Positions 57,209-64,000 of a stretch of DNA of 64,000 nucleotides are shown one piece after another. Under the pieces are notes generated by a model. It saw only the letters and a program-made list of their open reading frames with translations, made no database searches and was not told where the DNA came from. Both the position numbers and the translations under genes were made by a program. Source of the DNA: Eledone cirrhosa (taxonomy: Eukaryota); the NCBI GenBank assembly GCA_964016885.1, contig OZ024748.1, forward strand, positions 52,204,001 to 52,268,000, in the 5' to 3' direction. Each line of letters opens with the position of its first letter. Positions within the stretch are counted from its first letter, which is position 1.

Positions 57209-58045
57209 GGTGGATTGGCAGTATCGGTAGAGGGTCGGACACCATGCTTTGATGCATAGAGTTACGTCCCTTGCCATTCTGAGTTCAAATCCCGCCGAGG
57301 TTAACTTTGCCTTTCATCCTTATGGGGTCGATAAAATAAAGTACCAGTAATACACTGGGTAATTGCTGGCCTTGTGCCAATAGTAGAAACAATTGTTTGT
57401 TAATTTTATTAGGCCGGTGAATTGGCAGTATCAGTTAAGGGTTGAACGCCATCCTTTCTAGCATAGTTACGTCCCTTTACAGTCTGAGTTCAAATCCCGC
57501 TGAGGTTAACTTTGCCTTTCATCCTTACGGGGTCGATAAAATAAAGTGCCAGTAATGTACTGGATACTTGCTGGCCTTGTGCCTAAAGTAGAAACAATTA
57601 TTATTAGGGCAGTGGATTGGTAGAGCCTCGGACACCATGCTTTCCAATCTGAGTTCATATCCTGCCAAGGTTAACTTTGCCTTTCATCCTTACGGGGTTG
57701 ATAAAATAAAGTACCAGTAATACACTGGCATCAATTTAATCGACTTTCCCTTCTCCTTGAAATTGCGGGCCTTGTGCCCATAGAAGAAACAATTATTCTT
57801 TTTATTAAGGGCAATGGATTTTCCGTACGGGTAGATTATCAGACAATATGCTTTGCAACATAGATTTGAGGCCCTTTACATTCATAGTTCAAATCACACC
57901 AAGGTTAGCTTTGCCTTTCATCCTTACAGGTTCAATAAAATAAAGTACCTCTATTTGATTTGATTGCACTGGATTTGATTTAATTGACTTTCCTCTCCCC
58001 CAAATTTGCTGGCCTTGTGCCAAAATGAGAAACTATTATTATTAT
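57209..58045 (+). mobile_element. Four head-to-tail SINE family A copies
   Basis: Starts near 57209, 57411, 57606 and 57808; each has AGGTTA(A/G)CTTTGCCTTTCATCCTTA and ends AGAAAC(A/T)ATT. Confidence 0.9.
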
Positions 58046-58505
58046 AATTATCTCTGCTGAGGACACCATTTTGCAGTTTAGCTGCATTCATTTGACTGAT
58101 ACTCTATGACATAATTGCAGAACTCAAGTAACCAAAGCGAAAAAAAGACAAGGTACTATTCTGACATAGTTACAATTATACGTATCAATCACTCTTCACA
58201 CACACACATGCATACACACCACAAGGATGCACACACAAATTGCCTAGCACAGACACAATACAATACACATTTAATTACACTCTGATCATTTATCAATATT
58301 CATTCCCTTCACCAAAGGGTATTTTATCCAAAATATAAGGAACCATCATGTTTCTATAGTAATTACTTCGTATTTTTTCTTTTTCCAATTTCTGGTATTG
58401 TACCATCAATATTTACAGCTCCATTTGCATTGTAGCTGCCCCTACATCTATCTATCCCCTTCTCTCTCTATCTCTCTATCTCTCTCTCTATATATATATA
58501 TATAT

Positions 58506-58713
58506 GGAAACAAGAATGGACCTGTTATTTTCTCTAAAAACATTTTTTCCAATTACACCCCACCTGTCCTTTCAATCTCTCCAATTCCTCATTCTTTCTT
58601 CTGATGAAGGACTAGCGTCCGAAACGTTAAGACCCTCTTCCTGCTATTTCAAGCTTTAACCTAATATATTCCTTCCAGATACTGTACAGATGATGTTGTT
58701 ATTTCTGTTTACC

Positions 58714-58718
<5 letters not shown>
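58506..58718 (+). mobile_element. Penelope-like remnant in (AT)n
   Basis: Flanked by (AT)n on both sides; homologous to the reverse complement of 2640-2800. Confidence 0.75.
58597..58632 (+). ncRNA. Minimal type I hammerhead ribozyme motif
   Basis: TCTT CTGATGA A GGAC-TAGC-GTCC GAAA C GTT AAGA; loopless palindromic stem III AACGTT. Confidence 0.8.
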
Positions 58719-58751
<33 letters not shown>

Positions 58752-58769
58752 TAAGTGATGTGGACAATA

Positions 58770-59050
58770 AGTGCTGCAGTTGATTCGATCATAACTGTCT
58801 ACTTGAGAAATTAACGTGTAAGTGACTGAGTATTCCACACAGAGGCACCCTTAACATATTTCCCAAGATTCAGTGTGACACAATGTGTGACAAGGCTGAC
58901 CCCTTGAATAACAAGTACAACTCACTTTTGCCAGGTGAGTAGACTGATGTAACATAATTTAAAGGGTTTTCTTAGTGACACTGCCTGGTCTGAGTATTGA
59001 ACTCACAGTCTTACATTCATGATCCCAGCACCCTAACCACTATGCTATGA
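58770..59050 (-). mobile_element. Diverged tRNA-head SINE
   Basis: Head ATAGCATAAGTGGTTAGGGTG...GAGTTCAATAC; tail homologous to 11930-12070. Confidence 0.7.
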
Positions 59051-60357
59051 ATATACACATATGTATATATATATATATACACACACACATATATACATAT
59101 ATACATACATACATAAAGAAATAGAGATATATCTACACAGACACTTGTACACTCCTACATATGCAATATAAAACATAAACCCTAATTTCCATCACCTTCA
59201 GACTGAAATTGATCTCATATCCTGTTGACAGAAATCCCATTTGAAAACCTATCAATCCATCATAGCTTTTTACAATAGAAATGCTTTGATAACAAACACA
59301 AGAAATTTCTACAACTGACATTTAAATCAAGCTTTACTTATTAGAAGCAACTCATTTAGGAATTAAACATTTCAGATGTTTTGTCCTTGTTGTACAGAAG
59401 AATATCTTGAATAGGTGTGTGTATATGTGTTTCTTCTCATACTTCTTTGTTTCTATGTGTTCATATAATTTTATATATGTGTATGTATGTATGTATGTAT
59501 GTATGTATGTATGTATGTATGTATATGAATGTAAATATATTCACACATGCATATATAATTGCTTGTGTTTGTGTTTATATGTATATGTTGCTTTTAATGT
59601 TGGTTTTAGTCTTGTTTTGGTTATATGTCTAAGTATGTATGTGTGTGTCAGTTTAAGAACATTTATTTTTATGTGAGTGTCTTTCATCTCAGTCTCTTTC
59701 TTTCCCCACCACTTTACACTTTATGGACACAATTAATTTTTAAAGGAAACCTCATTATTCTCCCTTTGTCATTCTGTGACACATCTAACAGCATTATCCA
59801 TTTCCTTAACCATTCATTTTTTAATACTCTATGTCAAAATTAACTGTATCTTACACATAGATTTATACTTGCAAACCTATATGGAACTTTGGAAAATATG
59901 CTTTTATCAATCACAAGCATTTATTCTGAGTTAGAAATACACTAAAAACTGACCGTATGTATATACATGCACATACACATTCACATTCACCCATATATAC
60001 ACATACAGTTGGAAATATGCTGATACCGTGAAAACTCTCCAGCTTTTGAAGCACATTAAACTCAAAGTATAAATATAATGTAAATGAGAGGAGTAAAAAT
60101 ATTGTGCAACCCTAAATGTGTCATTTGGCTTCCATAAAAATATTTTTCTTTATGTGGTATGTAAATGTTGCATAGGTGAGTCGTATCAAACTGATGAAAC
60201 TAATTACACTCCTGGTCATTAAGTACAATTTCCAGGTAAGTGAAGTGAAATAGTACACCTTGGAATTAAACCTGTCAAGCAAATTTGACTTGCAAATTTT
60301 ACTTACTCATTAATTCTGAACTAAACAACAATCTAAACATCATCTAAAATATATATA

Positions 60358-60690
60358 TTCATTTCATTTTATGTCCGCTTTTCCCTTCTTGCAAGGGTGG
60401 GACGGGAACTGATTCTGGCTTGATTTCTACAGCTGGATGCCCTTCCTAACACCAACCTCATTTACAGTGAGTGCTGGGTGCTTTTTTGCCGTGGCACCTC
60501 CACAACCACTTTGCAGTGGAATGATATGGACCCTAGTCCCTATCATCTCATTTCTACAGGTGAGTAAACTGGAGCAATGTGAAATAAAGTGTCTTGCTCA
60601 AGGAAACAACACATCACCCGGTCTGAGAATTGAACTTACAACCTTTCTATTGCAAGGCCAATGCTCTAACCACTGAGCCATGTGCCTTCA
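60358..60690 (-). mobile_element. Full-length SINE family B
   Basis: Close to the reverse complement of 28965-29253. Confidence 0.9.
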
Positions 60691-60691
60691 T

Positions 60692-60761
<70 letters not shown>

Positions 60762-60772
60762 CCCCCCCCCCC

Positions 60773-60992
60773 CGCTGTAATGTGGCCGTGTAGGCAACAC
60801 GGTAAAAACCTCCCAGCCCCACACTGTAAATGTGGTTGGTGTTAGGAAGGGAATCCAACTGTAGAAAACCCGCCAGACAGTCCTATGCGAGCAAGACAAC
60901 CACTCTTGCCTCAAGTGGGAAAACCCCCGTCCAAACCCATGCAAGCGTGGAACACGGACGCTAAACCTGATGATGATGATGATGATGATGAT
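60773..60992 (+). mobile_element. 5'-truncated RTE 3'UTR copy
   Basis: Near-identical to 52887-53092. Confidence 0.85.
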
Positions 60993-61012
60993 ATATATAT
61001 ACACTCATTTAT

Positions 61013-61555
61013 TGGAAGAAGTTTAGGGAGCTGCTTCCTCTGTTGACAAAGAAGGATTTCTCCCTGCATACGAAAGGGCGGTTATATGATGCCTGTGTGA
61101 GATGCGCAATGCTGCATGGTAGTGAGACATGAGCAGCAACTGCAGAGGATATGCGACGGCTGGCGAAAAATGAAGCAAACATGCTCCGTTGGATGTGCAA
61201 TGTCAATGTGCATGAACGACCAAGCATAGATGAGTTGAGAGAGAAACTGGGTATAAGAGGGATAGGTTGTGGTGTGCAGGAGAGAAGACTCAGATGGCAT
61301 AGACATGTGATGCGCATGGAGGATGACCGCTGGGTAAAGAAGTGCCACAAAATCCCAGTAGAAGGTAGACGCAGTAGAGGAAGACCACGAAAAACATGGG
61401 CAGAGGTGGTGAGAACAGACGTCAGATCGCTGAAACTCATGGAGGAGATGACAAAGGATTGTGACAAGTGGAGAGATGCTGTGCTGAATAGGACCCATCC
61501 CACCCTTAAAATCAGGGAAAAGCGGACGTAAAATGATGATGACGATGATGATGAT
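61013..61555 (+). mobile_element. RTE-clade LINE 3' fragment (post-RT region, one in-frame stop)
   Basis: WKKFRELLPLLT..KGRLYDACVRCAMLHGSET*...MLRWMCNV...RRLRWHRHVMRM...GRRSRGRPRKTW...KRT*, then (ATG)n. Confidence 0.9.
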
Positions 61556-61582
61556 ATATATATATATATATATATATATATC

Positions 61583-61890
61583 ATGGTGCATGGCTTTGTA
61601 GTTAGAGTGTTGGGCTTGTAATCATGTGTTGTGTCCTTGAGCAAGACACTTTATTTGTTGCTTCAGTTCACTCAGCTGTAGAAATGAGTTGCAATGCCAC
61701 TGGTGCCACGTTTTATCACCTATTGCCTTTCGTTTTGACAACATTGGTCTCTTGGAGTGGTGAGACTGGTATGAATGGGTGACAGATGGTCTTCCACAAA
61801 AGAACCTTGCCTGGACTTGGGCCTCAGAGGGGAATTTTCTAGTTACAAATCCCATGGTCTATTGTGACCAATGGAGGTCTTTACCCTTTA
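61583..61890 (+). mobile_element. tRNA-head SINE with a different 3' part
   Basis: GTGTCCTTGAGCAAGACACTTTATTT core, then a distinct tail ending TCTTTACCCTTTA. Confidence 0.7.
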
Positions 61891-62040
61891 TGCTATCCCA
61901 ATCCAAAGTAGATGCAGGCATATTTGAGTAACTGGAAAGTTTGGTTTACAATCATGAGGTCTCAAGTTTGATTTCATTGTATGGCTTCTTAGGAAAATGT
62001 TTGATGAGCCACCAGGGTCAAGACGGATTTTAGGCTTTAA

Positions 62041-62254
62041 CCCTTTAGCTTTTACATTACTCTATATTTACTATTGTATTTTCATGGTTTACCTCACATG
62101 ATAATCTCATATAATATCAAATCTATGAGATGTTGATATTATTTATTTTGAGAACAGTACCTTAAATTCAGTATGAGTGGTCAGTTATGGCTGGTTTGAA
62201 CAGAAAGAGGTGAGAGAATTATGGCCAGATACAGCCAGTTTAAATGCTAAAGGG
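62041..62254 (-). mobile_element. Complete piggyBac-like MITE with TTAA duplication
   Basis: TTAA|CCCTTTAGC ... GCTAAAGGG|TTAA. Confidence 0.8.
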
Positions 62255-63016
62255 TTAAAAAATTTTAAAGATATCTCTACAAACGTATCAATTCTTATAG
62301 ACTAAAACATAAATTTGATTTAAAACTATCTTAATTCTAGAGTTGAATTAATAAAGGAACAATTTATTTTTAATTTGAATGTTTACAAAATATGAGTGTC
62401 CCATTCCCTCAAAATTACTGTAATAACCGTTGTTCACAATAATTAATAGTTGAGAAAATTGAGTAAAATACTCAGAGAGGGAAACAAATGGACAAAATCA
62501 CTACATGGAATCAAACTTGGTATTGATTGAATACAGTGTGTGTATGATAACTACTATGTTAAAGGGGTGATTGACATTTGGGATGTTAGCCTTTTCAAAT
62601 TTCAAATTCCTAAGTGCTCCATAATTGATAAAATAAGAGTACATATCAAAATTAGCCTTACTTTGAGGATTGAGGTATCTTTACATAGAATGTTGTAATC
62701 AACGGATTAGTAAATTTAATATGTTTTACTATCGACACCATCATTTTTTTAGATGTACTATACTAGTATATATTATTTTCATCAATTTACATCAGTTGAT
62801 CCACACTTGCTTGGATTGAACAAGTCCTTCTCAGTACAGCATCTCCCGCCCTGTCCTGTTTCTTTTCATCTCCTCCAGGAGCTTCAATGATCTGAGATCA
62901 GCTCTAATACCACACACAGACATATATATATATATATATATATTTATGTGTATGTGTGTGTGTATGTGTGTATGTGTGTGTGTATGTGTGTATGTGTGTG
63001 TGTGTGTGTATGTGTA

Positions 63017-63048
<32 letters not shown>

Positions 63049-63134
63049 CATATATATTATATTACACTCATACAGGTACACTTATTTTATATATGTATAC
63101 ATATGTGTATCGGGAAGTGTCTGCACTTACTATT

Positions 63135-63176
<42 letters not shown>

Positions 63177-63513
63177 CAGAAATAAATACATACACATATA
63201 TGCACAATTTTATATACATATGTAAAATGATGATGGCAACGATATACATGCATACATAAATTACATATATATACACACATATATGTATGTATATATACAC
63301 ATATATGTATATATATACACATATATGTATGTATATACTCACATATATGTATGTATATATACACATATATGTATATACACATATATGTATGTATATATAT
63401 ACACATATATGTATATATATACACATATATGTATGTATATATATATACATATATATATATATATACATATAATAGAAACATACATACAACATACATATAT
63501 TTGTTATATTTAT

Positions 63514-63550
<37 letters not shown>

Positions 63551-63603
63551 AATATATAAATATAACAAATATGTTGTATGTATATATACAAATATATGTA
63601 TGT

Positions 63604-63657
<54 letters not shown>

Positions 63658-64000
63658 ACTTAAGCTAGATTATGACATAAAATTTCAAAGGTATTTATTT
63701 GCTTATACATTCAAAAGAAATCTTCTGCTGATAAACTTTCACAGTTTTGAGATTAATTTTCTGAACCCCCTTTCTGTAGTTGACACAATGTTGTTGTTAT
63801 TGGTTAGTTTTGGCAGTGGCTAAATAAGAGCAGCTATAGTGAGGTAAGTGTCATTCTCAATTATTATCTTTACCAACACCTTCCCACGCTTACCACCCTT
63901 TCCACCCACCCAAATATCCTGGCATCTTGAAAAAGAAAGGTATTAGTAGGAAAATATACTGCTATGTCATTTCATATCATGGCCCCCTCTTGGCAAGAGA

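Noticed and set aside
61009-61644. 211-aa minus-strand ORF
   Set aside because: Antisense shadow of the RTE fragment.

Overview
AT-rich eukaryotic (metazoan) non-genic or intronic DNA, dominated by microsatellites, minisatellites and retroposons. The SINE and RTE-LINE repertoire resembles octopus (cephalopod) repeats; this is inference from memory, not a database match. Almost all listed ORFs are low-complexity artefacts. The only recognisable protein-coding remnants are RTE-clade LINE 3' ends and a decayed CRE-like restriction-like endonuclease; one minus-strand exon-like segment is unproven. The main signal is a set of short insertions inside (AT)n tracts that carry type I hammerhead ribozyme (HHR) motifs: seven loci with a full or nearly full motif plus one half motif, from several different sequence families. 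Four insertions are fold-backs with inverted arms and an unpaired 57-88 nt tail, consistent with Penelope-like element (PLE) pseudo-LTR remnants targeting (AT)n. All coordinates and pairings were read by eye.
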